This document shows, piece after piece, positions 35,663-49,700 of a stretch of DNA of 64,000 bases. The notes beneath the pieces are model-generated. The model had not been told where the DNA came from, searched no databases, and worked only from the letters and a program-made list of their open reading frames with translations. The stretch's first letter is position 1; every line of letters starts with the position of its first letter. The DNA is from Klebsormidium nitens (lineage: Eukaryota; Plantae; Klebsormidiophyceae), in assembly GCA_000708835.1 (NCBI GenBank), contig DF237144.1, positions 85,669 to 149,668 of the forward strand, in the 5' to 3' direction. The position numbers and the translations under genes were made by a program.

Positions 35663-38600
35663 TCAGATCTCGGCCTCTGGTTTCTGCAATAGCTTGGCAT
35701 ACGACTTCAACATGATAGCAACGTACTCTAGGGGCGCGGCCGTCTCGACGACCGCCCGCGCCGTTTCGGTCGCGAGCTTGCCCATCTTCTTCATATGCTC
35801 GTCCATTTCGAGCGCCGTCATGATCTTGATTGGCAGGTCTTTAAGGTCTGGCGCATACTGGATGTAGTGCACATCCGGCTTGAAGAATATGTCGCTAAAC
35901 TCGCGATACGTAGTTTGCTGCTTAAATACGACGGACCCGGTCGAGAGCAACTCGAAGAAGGCCGGACTCCAAGATTCCCCGTCGATGTCGACCAGGTATT
36001 TGTACTTGAGCTGATCTTGAAGCGTGACTGTGTGCTCGGCGTAGCCCAGTTCGTTCATTATGAACCAATTCGCCTCTGCACAGACGAAGGGGTGGTGTCA
36101 ATTGATCTAAATGCGTCAGCTCTGTTTCCATTAACACCACTTATAGTTGGTCGCCTCTGCACAGCCGAACGTGTGTTGCCAATTGGCCTGAATGTTCAGC
36201 TCTCTTTCCGTTGACACCACTTCCAGATGGTCGCCTCCACGCACAAAAAAAGGGTGGTGTCAGATGTTCTTCAGGTTATTGATTTGTTTCAAATGGCACC
36301 AGTTGCAGTTGATCGTGCAGTGTCGCAGATTGCTTCAGGTCAGTGCGTTCAGATCGTACCACTTCGCCGCTCGAGAGAAGAAAGCTGAAGTTTGAAAGTA
36401 TGGAAAGGAGCAAAACCTTTCGATGAAGATCTGTACGCAACGAATCTGGTACCCAAAACAAACCGTTCGTGAGGCGCCGTCCATCTCTGTCAGATGGCCC
36501 CTCCCATTCCGACGCGTATCTAATTCTCGGTAACTGAAAATCTGAGCGCGTTAGTCCGTTTTCGAATGTGACCGAATCAGGCGAAGAGGCGTGCGCATCT
36601 TTCCCAAGTTTGACAGCGTGGCTAGTTACCGATCACAGAACTCGAAAGTAAGGGAAAGAGGCGTCCGCAACTGTCTTTCGCAGATGCCTATAGACATCTA
36701 AAATACTTGAACTTATAATCCTCAGGACCCTCTGACGGAAATTCCTTGACGTGATACCCTGGCATAGATCGCTGAACTCTCTGCATCATCATAAAAGCAG
36801 CCGAAACGCGTCCGAAATGCGCTTGAAGACACGCTTCACAACAGTCCGCAGCCTTCAACGACCTCCAAAAGCTGCACTGTTGTGCAAACGACACCGATCG
36901 ACGAGCGGATTTGAGCCGCTACTGCGGTTCAGAGACGCATGTGAGCCTCATCCACCCCTCGGCACCCCTTATCTGCACTCGCATTTGGCATCACATCGTC
37001 GGATTGAGAATGCGGATACCGGTTGAGCAGCAAGCATGTCTACAAACACTGTATGAGCGTTTCACTTTCCTGACCAGAACGCACCAACAACTCTTAGGCG
37101 TCAGCAGTTTGCGGCTTTTCACTCGTGCCGGCCTCCCCAGGGTCGTGACATGTCCATTCTTTTCCTGAATCCTTTGATACATTAGTTAGCACTTGTGGCT
37201 GACGATCACCGCGTTCATGTCTGATCGGAGAGTTTCGAAAACCCGAGCCCAATAATTCGAGAGTGAAAAGCACAACCAGATGTTTTTCCAAGAGAAATGG
37301 CCTCACCTGGCGTGCATTGACTGGGATCGCACTGGAGGAACGTCGCGTTCAGGATGTCGGGGTACTCGAGCGAAAGCTTCACCAGCTGCGACCGCGGCTT
37401 ATCCCGCCAATTCGACGCCTCGTAGAACCCCCCTGAAAGAAACAATTGACGTCAATAAGAAAGACTGGTTACTGTGAGCAGTCAGGACTACCGCTCCTTA
37501 TCTCGCCCACATGACGCCTCCTGGAATCCTCCTGGAGAATGGGAGTGCCAGTCTAGAAATACTTCTTTTAGAGAGCAATCAGACCATTGTGGGTTATCTT
37601 GCCATTTTGACGCCTTTTAAAACCCCCTTGAAAAACCGGAGGGACGATCCCATTGAAAGTTCGAAGCAGTCAGGACTGGGAGGCTTTCAGTCGCCCATAA
37701 AGCGCCACGTGAAGGGAAGACACTGCCAGCTTTAGAAAGGCACTTAGCGCGGCTTATCCCGCAAATCTGACGCATCGCCGATGTCCCCTGAAGATGCAGA
37801 CTGACAGTTTTACAGAAGACTGGTTATAGGAAGCAGTCAGGATCACTGCGGCAGCTCATCCCGTCAATCTGGCCCCTCGTGAACCTCCTAAACGAGTGAG
37901 ATAACGGTGCTTAGGCAGCCCACACACATGAAGCAGCCTACGTTGAGTTACTTGTAAAACTTTGTTAAAGTAACGGCCTTCACAAAGGCATACTTTTCGC
38001 GACGTCGAGGAGAAAATGAAAAGGTTCAGGACGTCGCTGATGCTGGCAATCTGACGGCCCCCAGAGGATGGCTTACGGGGGATGTAAGTAAATGATTGAA
38101 CCTGACGCCTTTAGCAAACATTCCTCGAATGCAGGACGGACAATTCGGTCCTTGGCACAGAAAGCTAGGCGCAAACAACTTAGGCAAATGCAAGACTCGA
38201 CAAAGGCCGGATCCATTGAAAAGACGGCGAACCCCTCTTCAAATCGGATGGTTGTTCGTTTCCGAGAGAGCCAAGAGATCAACGCTCGCCGGCAATTCAA
38301 GAGAACTGTTTATTCTTTGAAAAAGATGAAATCGGCAAGAAGCCCTACTTTACTCAGGCCCCCACCGAAACAAGACTGTCGTGTCCCTCAAAGTGGGCGT
38401 CTGCACCCGCAAGTGCATGTAAGATCGAACCGCTGAGAAACATGACTTGATTGTACCGGACGCCGCTCGTTCGGCTAACTTGTGTCCCGTCACGCTTTGG
38501 CGATGCTGCCGGCGCGAGACTTGACGCCCGGTTCAAAGAACAGAAAAAGGAGAACAATTACATAAGCTTCGTACCTGCGACGGCCCCTTGCCAAAGTGCC

Positions 38601-41600
38601 TGGTCCTGTTTGCTCTCCCACGGATGATCGGCCTCGACGGCGGTCCAGTTCCAGGGGGGGTTCGGACAAGCATCGTCCGAATGCCACGGTCGGGAGAAAC
38701 ACTGTGCCAGAAAGGGGACGGAATTAGAAAATCCTTGAGACTTTGACATGCTAGACGTCCGCAGGAACACGTGCGCGCGGTTCTTGCAACGCAGCGAGAA
38801 TTGGGCGTAGTACTATTATATGCTTCCTGCAGGTAGTTTGTGCACTCAAGTGCTCCTTACATTGAGCCGCGCCTCTCGCATCGGTCAGATCCTTGCGCTC
38901 ACTCTCTGCCTGGAAGGCCCGATAGAACCAACACCCGAAACACTGTGTCTGGCGCAACTCAACCGACGAGGCGAAGTCAAGGTGGCAGGATCAAGGCGAA
39001 ACAAGGTGTCAGCAAGGGAAACGGGTCCAATCTCGCTGAATCGCTCTGATTCGATAGCAGCAACACCGGACTTGATCTGAAAAACCATTGCGTAAGTGAT
39101 TGTAGAGCTGCTATTAAGCAAGCTTCGTACAGAAACTCTAAGAAAGGTGCAAGCACTGGGGCAAGGGCTTTGCGGAGAGAGAGAGAGTCCCTTGCTGTTG
39201 TTGACTTGCATTCGTCTGATTCTCACAGCAAACGGGTTGACTGAAGGCGAAAGGCGATGATCCGGATTGACTTTTGACTAGGAAATTATNNNNNNNNNNN
39301 NNNNNNNNNNNNNNNNNNNNNNNNNNNNNNNNNNNNNNNNNNNNNNNNNNNNNNNNNNNNNNNNNNNNNNNNNNNNNNNNNNNNNNNNNNNNNNNNNNNN
39401 NNNNNNNNNNNNNNNNNNNNNNNNNNNNNNNNNNNNNNNNNNNNNNNNNNNNNNNNNNNNNNNNNNNNNNNNNNNNNNNNNNNNNNNNNNNNNNNNNNNN
39501 NNNNNNNNNNNNNNNNNNNNNNNNNNNNNNNNNNNNNNNNNNNNNNNNNNNNNNNNNNNNNNNNNNNNNNNNNNNNNNNNNNNNNNNNNNNNNNNNNNNN
39601 NNNNNCGATGATCCGGATTGACTTTTGACTAGGAAATTATCATGCATTTGCACGTTCGCTCATGAACGGAATTGCAACGCCAAACAGGATGTGTCCCACC
39701 GCAAGCAACAGACTCGGCGTTTCAAGCAGAAACAACTTCAGAAATATCATCAGAGGAGGAGTTCCTGAGTCCGCCAGATCAACAGGACCCTTCAATAGTA
39801 GGAAGACCTGAAGCTGACCACCCTGGTCTCCACATCGGGCAACAACTTGATCTTTTGGATCTTCAATTTCTTCAAGCTGTGAAGTCAGCACCTATTGAAT
39901 GACTTGAACGCCCTGCCCTCTACACCGTAACCCAGGAACCTTACCCGAGTATACTGGTATCCCACAAAAATGACGTCTCGTGTCTCGTCACTCGAGCAGT
40001 AGGAGAACATCGGCGGCCAGCCCTTGGTTGCGTCCTCCTTAACCACCCGCGGTTTGTCGCCCAGGTTAGCGACAAAGTCCACGTAGCTTGGTAGCAGATT
40101 CCGGTCCGCGAGCCACTCGAGCATGACGCGAAGCTGTTCCCCTCGGTACCAAGTTGCCCTGCAAGTGGAGGGTTAAGAACCCTGGTTAGTTGCGAACCCC
40201 CATGAGCAACTAGAGAGGAGATAGTCGACCTAAAGAGGGTTCAGCTGATCTCCTTGTTTCGAAGTTGCCCTGCAAGTGGAGGGTTAAGTGCTCAGTTCAG
40301 TGGCCTAACCACCTTGAGCAACTAGGAACATGACTCTAGACAAATGAGTCCCGCACGACCCCCAACTCTTTCCCCCGACAAGGTTGCCCTGAGTGGGCAA
40401 ACGAGATACAGTAAGGGAATAGCACAATATTGAAAAAGGCAGAAGACAACTGTGCATCAGCTCTTGCAACCCTGCTGTCAAACGAACTCTCAGGTCGTTG
40501 TTGCATAGTCTGGCTCAGCTTTCTCGTACGTCAGCGACGTGACTAGATGGGGAGAAAAGAAATAAGTCACTTCAATCAAGGTGCCACAATGTTTATGCAG
40601 TCCCGAGGATTGGAAGAAGATCTGTTCTTTTACATAGGATAATCTCAGGCTAAGTTATAAGCACCAGTGACATAGGGCCACTTCACCACTACCTGGCAAC
40701 AGAAACCATCAGAAACTCATTTGACATAGCTTCCTGCCATTCAGAAAAGCATCTTTTTCCACTCCTTCTGCCAAAGTGTTACTCAACCATTACATCGTTA
40801 AGAATCTGATTGCAACGGTACAACATGTCAATAGTACTGTAAAGAGCTCCCTGATGCGCGCTGACATCAGCCTGCAGAATATGCTGACCAATGCATAACA
40901 GCAAACAGGTAGGAAAATGCTTATTGTTACAATGCAGAGGGGAAATTCAACGGCCCAATGTGCGCTGAGAGTTATATCATGTTCAGTAGTCACCTTACAA
41001 TCTACAGGGCTTTGAAATTTGGATGTGACAGCCGCATCGTCACAACTGTAAGTGTTACTGCCGCAACGAATGCAGCCATCCAAAAGAACTGTTTTTCAAA
41101 ACTGAGTCACCAAATGCAGCTACCTAACCAAAAGAATGCCTTTTCAAATAAGGAGCACTTCCGATTGCTCTCAACCAGCTTTGAAAAGCACTGCACCAGC
41201 CTTCGGCGCCAGAAACAATATTCTACGAGGCACCGCATGAGAAGATTTGTTGCAAGTATCTGGGGTCGTTTCTGCGCAAGCCGTCACCGGTCAAATCTTC
41301 AAAACTCGTGAGCAGACAAATATCCTTCTAGACTTGAGACCCAATTGGAGCTGCAAATCTGATTCAGTCTCGTGGAGCTGGAAAACTGATTCAGCCTTGT
41401 GACCAGACACTGCCCTGTACCTGGAAAGCAAGATACGAGTTCATTGGAGTGCGAATCGATGCTTGCACTCCCAAGTATGTGACAGAAGACAGGACACAGG
41501 AGACACTTTTCACTCATATAGAAACACAACATGTCAACTTCTCAGGAAGAACATAAAAAAAAATGGATATGAGCTCACCACTCAGGATTGTCCTCCTGCT

Positions 41601-42258
41601 GCTTATGATGATGCACCTGCACGCTCTTCCCTTGGACGACCACCCGCACGCTGTACGGAAACCTTCCGTGCAAATCTTCCAGATCCTTCCGAGTGTACAC
41701 CACATTCCCCTCCCCCAGCCATGGCTCCAACTGCTTTGCGATCGCATCTCGTAACGTGACAGTCTTCACGGTCCCCCTAGGAATCTGCTGTTCCCCGAGC
41801 AATGCGGCTTGCTCCAAGAAATGCTTGACTCGAGCCTGGAGATTGTCCCTAGCAACCTCCTCCCTAGGCTTTTTTGTCACAGCCTTCTTGTCCTCTGGGA
41901 TCTCCCCTGCGCTGAACCTCTGCAAATGATCCCACCCTAGTTCCGACGTCCTCAGGATTATGCAGTCCCGATTGTTCTTTAGAAGAAGCGGAAAGTGTCG
42001 ACACAAAAAAGGTTTACTGAAGAGAGATGCAGGAAATCCCGTCAGAGCCATGATCATGAGGGCCAGCAGGAGGGTTATGAAGACATTGAAGAGGCTGGAG
42101 AAGCTCCCGTCCTTTGGTGGCGTTCTAAGACCAGGGCTGCGAAGACCCCTTTGCATGACCGGAGGCGCAGAGCCATCAATGGTCGGGACGTCTACTTCCT
42201 TCTTTCTGTGCATGGTGCCGCCGCCTGCGTGCCCTGGCACCATTTTGCCCCGGAGCAT
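35663..42258 (-). CDS. Glycosyltransferase family 90 (CAP10-domain) type II membrane protein, 519 aa
   Basis: Exons 42258-41579, 40158-39945, 38701-38575, 37432-37307, 36075-35663; total 1560 nt, in frame. TM segment LFNVFITLLLALMIMALTGF. Motifs VDFVANLGDKP, PWESKQDQALWQGAVAGG, RSQLVKLS, KYKYLVDIDGESWS, LLSTGSVVFKQ, FKPDVHYI. The assembly gap lies in intron 2. Confidence 0.85.
39290..39605. other. Assembly gap (316 N)
   Basis: Run of N. The same 35-nt sequence (cgatgatccggattgacttttgactaggaaattat) lies on both sides. Confidence 0.99.
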
Positions 42259-43773
42259 AGGTTTTAGCTCAGAGATCTTTTAGCATTGTAAAACCCCGTG
42301 AACCCTCGGCCAGCTCAAGCACACTCCAAGCTAGCTCTCAACAAGACGCCACTACCACCAAAACCTAATCTCACGAGCCTACAAGCGCAGAGGATGCCCT
42401 TGAGGGCCAATCTGCTGTGATTGGAGCAGATGGCGCCGGCAACCAAGCTCTGAGCCCAGTCCGGTTCGACCGCCCCTTCCGCACCATTCTGCCCCCATTC
42501 GGCTTTCCCGTTTGCGTCATGTCTAGGTCCTACCCACGGCCGCCCGGGCTGTGGCAACTTCTCTGTCTTCTAAGGGGCGTGGCTCCTAAAATTCAGAGCC
42601 CAGGGGCCGGTAGGGTTGGTTTGTTGGTTAGGGTTGGTCCTGGTCCAGAGCGCGTAATTTTCCTGTTAGGGTTTCTGGTTGAAAACACCCGGGGCTTCTG
42701 AGCCTTGGGAGACAGCCTCAGACAAGCCCCTAGTAGGAGGCAAAAGGAGTTGCCAGTACGATCAGCTACTGTCTATCCTAAAAAAGTGCAAAGAGAGTAT
42801 GATGTCATTTGTGACGTCGTTGCAAGGGTCATCAGAAATGAAATTGTGCCGCGGGGGGTGACTTTGCCCATGGGTTTCAACCACCCGGTACGTAATGTTT
42901 TGCTGGAACCGGTCACCGCACCCATGCCAAAAGGGCGCACCGGAAGTTTTCGAGAGTGTCACCTTCGAAAGAAGGACGAGTTACCGCGCCCGACTAACAC
43001 TACGACGATAGCCTTGCAGTGACCTCTGACCAGCCAAAACCGTACCGGGCTACATCTGCAAAGGGGTAGATGCTCGAGCACGGCAGCCGGAAAGGTTGCC
43101 AACCTAGTTCGCAAACGCCACAATTTAGCCGGTTAACTCAGGTTAACTTACCTACAAGCCTCAATGATGTTCGTCGCTGCGAGCCGTCGAAAGCTGCCTA
43201 GAACAGATCGACGGCTTGAAGTACGTGTCCGCAAATGAGGGAGTGTAGAATGACATCACTGCCGGCCACTGCCGTCGATGGTCTTATGTGGAAGCTTAAT
43301 CGACGCCTGGCAATCTTGGTTGACTATTCAACGCTCCGCGCATTGAGCAATCAATGCAGCTGACTTCGTCAAAGTTGGCCAATCATCGTCGTGCACTCAT
43401 CGACAATGACATATCGGGATTCGGCTTCATTCGCCCACTGGCAAAAGTTGAAAATCCTTCCTTGCAAGTGCCAACTGTACCTAGGATTGTTCCTACCTAC
43501 ATAAAAACAAGTTCTTGCTCCAGCAATCGAGCAACTTCCTTTGAAAAGACTCACGCGCTCACGTTTTGAGCTCAGGTTTTCAACTTTCTCTAAAAGTCAA
43601 GAGTGGACTAAGCTGGGCCGGCTGAAAACCTTCACGCTAAGGGAAAAGTAGCGGTCTTGATTCTTTACTTGGCCAGAATTCTCATTGAGAACAAGCTGCG
43701 CCAAAACGTCACACCAGTCCGACCGCTTTTTTACCGAATTGCATTGTCAGCTTTCTGCGATCTGTCTCTGATC

Positions 43774-46700
43774 ATGGCGTTGATTCGAAGCATTCCCCAA
43801 TCAGCCTGCGCCCAGCCTCTTCACAAAGCGGTGCATTGCCCCCAATCAATGCACACATTATCAGCCTCGTATTGCATTGCGCCTATTGATCTGATTACCC
43901 ACAGCTCCTCGCTACACCGCAACCAGATCACACGAAACAGACATCTTGTCAGAGCAAGTGCGAACAGCTCTTCCCCTGGAGAAGAGTTGAAATGTCCGTT
44001 TGCTGATGTCCCTGGGTTCCCTAAGGGAGAAAACTCTCACTCTGAGCGGACATCAGTAGAGACCAAGGCAGCTGCCGGTGCATCGTTTTCAGTGTCCAAG
44101 CCGCACAAGGAGATTCCAGGCAGCTATGGCATTCCATTCTTTGGCCCCTTGAAAGATAAGCTGGACTACTTTGCTTTCAAAGGTTGGTACAAGTACATTC
44201 AAGGCAAAAAGGATCAGTACAGAAGGTGAGTTGGGGCACTGGATTTACCTTTTTGGAGGGGGAGGACTATCTTTGATATCCTGGACGCTTGTATTGCTAA
44301 TCAAGATGGAGGGAATGGCGTCAATTGACCAGGTTTTCTGTATCTCTTGAACTGCATTCTCAATTGTTGTCAGAGATCGCAACTATTTTGATGCCGCCAG
44401 TGTGCAATTGCAGTGTGATCATCTGTTGAGCTGCTGTACCTGGACCTCCTTCAAGAAATTGACATCTGTTAAATCTCGACATCAGCGTCCACAGCGCCAC
44501 CTCACATGCCTGATTGTTTGTTCACGAACAAGGGGGGAAGAGTTTATACTCAACCTATGGACTTGGTGGCTTCTGCAAGCCGAGCTTTCTGTTATTCTCT
44601 CTTCTCTTCAAGGCCGGAACAAGAATGAGAGGACAAAACCTTCACCCTCAAATGCTCTTCAAATCAGGTTCTTCTTGATTGGCCTGGTGTTGACACCAGC
44701 ACTAGTATCTGATGGTGCGAGGTCAGATAGAGGCCCACATTGCCTTTTTGATGTCTCTTTCCTGCATCATGTAATCCATCAAGCCTTTGGCAGTTGCTGA
44801 GTCGATTCATTGATGCAATTTTCTATGATTCAACCACGGACTTATTTGCTTATACTTCAATTGCTTGTTGCACTTCTTCTGCAATGCTTGACGGGCCATC
44901 TTATCCTACTGTCATAACCCACTTTAAGCGAAGGATCAATTATGAACGAATGGTTGGCCTCTCTATCAAGATCTGGCCTGAATCCAGGGCTGTCGTTTGG
45001 TGCATACCTAAATGCAGACTTAAAATCTGGATTTGAGATGATGTTGCCTGGCTCTGGTCTTGATCAGGGCTCCAAGGTGATTCTCCCTAGCTTTGGTGAC
45101 GACACTTACTTTCCAAGCAACTCACATCCTGCAAGAGTCTCTCTTCTTCTTCCAATCAGCTCGTACACTTCTGCGGAAAGTCTCATCAATTAAATGTTGC
45201 TTAAACCTATGGTTGCAATTTGCAAAGCGATTGACAATTGTGTCGATGCTTTTGAAGCACGCCACAAGCACAAAAAGCAGCCAGCAGATTGTCTCTATCA
45301 AACTCAAAAATGGTGTTTTCTATGCTTAGAATCCATTCTCGACAAGCTGTTCAATTTCTGGAAAAGGCGCCACCTTGCGGCACTAATCTGCGGGACAGGG
45401 TCATTGAGATTTGATAGTCGAGCTGCAAGTAAATATACTCTAAAGCTTGATTACCTGGGGATCCTTCACTTCGAACTGTGCCGCTGCCGTAACAATCACA
45501 ATGATATTCCAGAATGAAAACCTTCCACGTAGCCACCAGGCTTCTCTTACTCTTGAAGCACGAGCGGGATGATCATCTGCCTTCGCTCCGAAGGAAAACC
45601 TTGTGTCAGGACAGGAAGATTGGAAATCATTTCTGGAACTGACCAGCTAATGACCTCCCTTGATGACCTTCACACGACCACCGTCTGGCAGCACTGTAAT
45701 CAGTGCTTGATGCCCCCGCTTTAGGAGAAAGTTTAACGCCCAAAAGTTCAAGAGTACAAAAGAACCCTTCTTAAAAGCAATGTCCAAGGGGGCCCCAGGT
45801 GTACTTATTCATACCACTTTTATCCTGCAGCTCTGTCATTAGGGTGAACTGGCCCCGATTCAATGGGAAAGACACCCAGGTCGTCCTTTTGCTGGACCAG
45901 GCCAGCTACCCGCTTCTGTACGACAATGCAAAGGTGAGGTCAGCGCTGATGTCACCAGGTACTCAACCACGGCTACGTAGCCTTCAATGCTTGTAACTGT
46001 CCAGGTCATAGGTGCAATCTACCGAGCTACTGCGAGTTCATCTTTTATCACAGCAGACATTTGCGCTGCGTCTCATAGGTGTTCTGTGGCCCGAGAAAGT
46101 TTGTCCCTTTGTTCCTCTGCACCTGTCTGTCGATACTGCCGCTTTGAACAATCACAGGAAGATGGATATTGCAGATAACATTAGTGGTGAGGGTACTTCT
46201 GAGCTGTCTGGGGCACACGACCTTTGTTTCAGATCACTGTGGGAGCTTTGAAATAAGCTTATCAAGGACTTCTGTTAAGCCTGCAAATGAAATGTCGTGT
46301 TTGTCTCCTTTGAGTGAGTTGGACACCTTTGAATTCAGCCCGTAACTGGAATCCTTTTAATCGCTTCAATTCCCAGTTTCTTCTTAACCTCGATTGATCC
46401 GGCAGGTCGGCATAACCACCGGGTTGACCAAGCTGGTTGACAATAACCACGTTTTGACCCTGCAGAAGGACCTGTTCTTTGGGCCCTCAGCCCCTTCCCT
46501 TGGTTACACGGCCGGTGTCTGAATCCTGATGGATGGTCAACGTAACCGTACTACTTCATGTAAAATGCAAGACTTTCCTGGTAGAAAGGCGTTTTCATAG
46601 ACCTCACTCTGACCCGGCAGGTGGACAAGAAGGACCTGTTCTTCAGACCATACCGCCCCTCCCTCGGCTACACGGACGGTGTCCGAATCCTCGCCTACCT

Positions 46701-49700
46701 GAACCCGAGTCTCTTGCTAGTAAATACTTATCCATGCACTAACCGCGCAGGTGGACAAGAAGCACCTGTTCTTTGGACCGTACCGCCCTGACCTCGGCTA
46801 CACGGACGGTGTCCGAATCCTCCCTATTTGGACCCAAGTCTCTTGCTAGTTAGTACTTATTCATGCACTAATCACGCAGGTGAACAAGGACCTGTTCTTC
46901 GGACCGTACCGCCCCTCCCTCGGCTACATGGACGGTGTCCGAATCCTCGCCTGTTGGGACCCGAGGCTCTTGCTAGTCGGTACTTATCCATGTACTAACC
47001 GCGCAGGTGGACAAGAAGGACCTGTTCTTCGGACCGTACCGGCCCTCCCTCGGCTACACTGACGGTGTCCGAATCCTCGCCTACTTGGACCCGACAGAAG
47101 AGGCCCATACGCAAGCCAAGAAGTACTGCCGGGCCCTGCTCGCAAAGTACAGCAAGAACGCGCTCAAAGCAATTAATGAGCGGTCGGGCGAGCTGTTCGC
47201 TGACTGGGAGAGCCAGGTGGGTATCACGGTTTAAGAGTCCGTTTGAAGATAGTCGTTCGTTCTGGAATAAGCGTACTATTCTGAGGTTGCCTGCGGCAGA
47301 TGTGCTGAACCGTTTGTGGGCTTCCGAAGCAAGCCGGCGCTGAAGGCGATGCTGGAAGAGCCGACTGAGTCCCAACGTGACTCACGGTGTTCAAATTAAT
47401 GAACCGCTTTGGGACCCAGATATTAAAATCTTTTCGTGGGATGGGGGTTTATCTAAAGGTCATGGCGCGGTTCTGAACCCTTCAAGGCACTCACAATGAA
47501 CCCGAACAGTACGGAATCTGACCTTTTTGATCAGCTAGTATCAATTACCAGTATGCAACGATTCCGAAAGAAAGGCTTGGCCGATGATGTGCGCAACGCA
47601 AAACGATTACTAGTGGTTGGACAATCTGCGAGTGCACACAATCGCAAAAGTAATCTGCCTTTTCAAGCCCTTCATGTTGACCCTAGCTTCACTCCATAAG
47701 TATAACATTCTCCGATAGGGGAATTCGATATGACACGTTCTTGTTCGTCCTCTCTGCAGATCCAAAAGAAGGGCGTCGCTGAGGTGTACGACACGTTCTA
47801 CGAGTTCATCTGGGCCTACCTGGTCAAGACGTTCAACTTCTCGACCATCCTCCCCAATGGCGGCCACAGTAAGTTGCGCACTTTCGCTCTTGGGCTCTTT
47901 CGTTCCTTCCTTTGTGGCCGTTGTTTCCCTGTGATAAAGCTTGCTCCCCTGCTTTCATCTATTCTGCCAGTCATCTTGGCCCACCTGGTCAAGGCGTTCA
48001 ACTTCACAACTATCCTCCCTTATGGCGGGCACAGTAAGTCGCGCATTTCGCTTCAGGCTCTTTCGCTCCATCCGTTTCCTGCCCTTGTTCAGTTCTCGAA
48101 AAGCTCCTATCGTGTTTTGAAGATCTTCAAAAGTCGTGTTGGCTAACCTGGTCAAGATGGTCCATCTGATGAATATCCTCCCCTACGGTGGGCACAGTAA
48201 TGTTTGCCTCTTCCGCTTCTTCCTTTTTCTGCCTCGTTCTCTTCTCTAGAGTTTGCTTCTTGCTTCGCGTTCTTCCCATCGTCTTGGCTATGATGTGGTC
48301 AAGGGGTGCAACTCAAGTGGCCATCCTCTTGAATGGCGGCCACCAAAAGTCGCGCACTTTCGGGTTTGGCCTTTCGGTCTTTCGTTCGTGCCTAATTCGG
48401 TCGGAGTTCTTCTCCCTTTCGTTGCTCTGTCCTTTCTTGCCTTCAAAACATTTCCTGTCAGTTTCGCTTCCCTGCTCAAGACGTTCACTTCTTGTCGTTT
48501 GATCTACTCTGGTCAAGACAGTGATTTGGAACCCTTCCTGCAATCAAACTTGACAGACTGAGTAGAATTCTCGAGGCGCTCTGTGTGGAGGCCCTGTTTT
48601 CGGCGAGCTTTTCATACAATGACTCTGTTTCGTGCCACAATGCAGTCATCAAGGACTGCGAGGGGCCCCAGCTGCTGGCAATAACAACCGCGGGGCGCCG
48701 ACCTTCCGAAAGGCCCTGCTTTCGGCGACATTAATCGGATTCTAACTCTTGTCCCCTGCCAAAATGCAGCCGTCAAAGAACTGAGCGGGGCCCCAGCTTC
48801 TGCCAATCATCAACCTTGGGGCGCCGACCTTCTGAAATGCCCTGTTTTCGCCGAAATCATCAAGATCCGACTCTTTATCCAGCCAAAATGCGGTTGCCAG
48901 GGACCGCAGGGGTGGACAGAGGCCCTGTTTTTGGCAGGTTCTCCAAAAGCTGACTCTTGTTTCCTGCCAAATGCAGTCGCTAAAGATTGGGTGGGGCCCC
49001 AGCTTCCCCCGATCATCAACCTCGGAGCGCCGACCTTCTGAAAGGCCCTGTTTTCCGCGGAGTTACCAGTATCTGACTTTGTTTCTTACCAGAATGCAGT
49101 CGCAAAGGACTGGGTGGGGCCCCAGCTTCTGCCCATCGTCAACCCCAGAGCGCCGATCTTCTGAAAGGCCCTGTTTTTGGGGTAGTTATCAAGACCCGAC
49201 TCTAATTTCCTGACAAAATGCAGTCGCGAAGTCCTGGGTGGGGCCCCAGCTTCTGCCGATCATCAACCTCGGAGCGCCCAGCATCGTTGAAGCGCTTTTG
49301 AAGCTGCTCCTCGGCCCGCTGCCATCTTTCATCGTCAAGGGGAAGCTGGATACGCTCCTCGAGTATCACAAGGACGCGGGACGGGAGGCGGTTCACCTTG
49401 GCAAGGTGAGCATAGCTTATACATTCTCTTTGGTTTGTCAAGGGAGAAGCTTGACCCATGTAAGCTGGACACGATTCTGGAGTCTCATACAGACGCGGGA
49501 CGGGAGATGGTCCACCTCGGCTAGGTGAGTATCAATTATACTCTTTGTTTGTTCTGTTCACAAAGAAGAGACTATATCCATGTAAACTAGATACGCTCCT
49601 GCAGTGCCGTAGGGAAGCGGGGACGGGGGGGAGATCATTTCGGCAAGGTGAGCTTACTTTTTACGTTCTTTCTGTTCTTCGGCAAAGTACCTTTCCTTAA

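Noticed and set aside
39138-39653. ORFs spanning the N run
   Set aside because: Artefacts of translating the assembly gap.
44402-45517. ORFs in CYP74 intron 1 as a nested gene
   Set aside because: Short, overlapping and motif-free. The CYP74 frame joins 44225 to 45831 cleanly.
46455-47006. Repeat-spacer appearance of the echo arrays suggesting CRISPR
   Set aside because: The locus is eukaryotic and spliced. Units are long, degenerate copies of the adjacent exon boundary, with no unique spacers and no cas genes.
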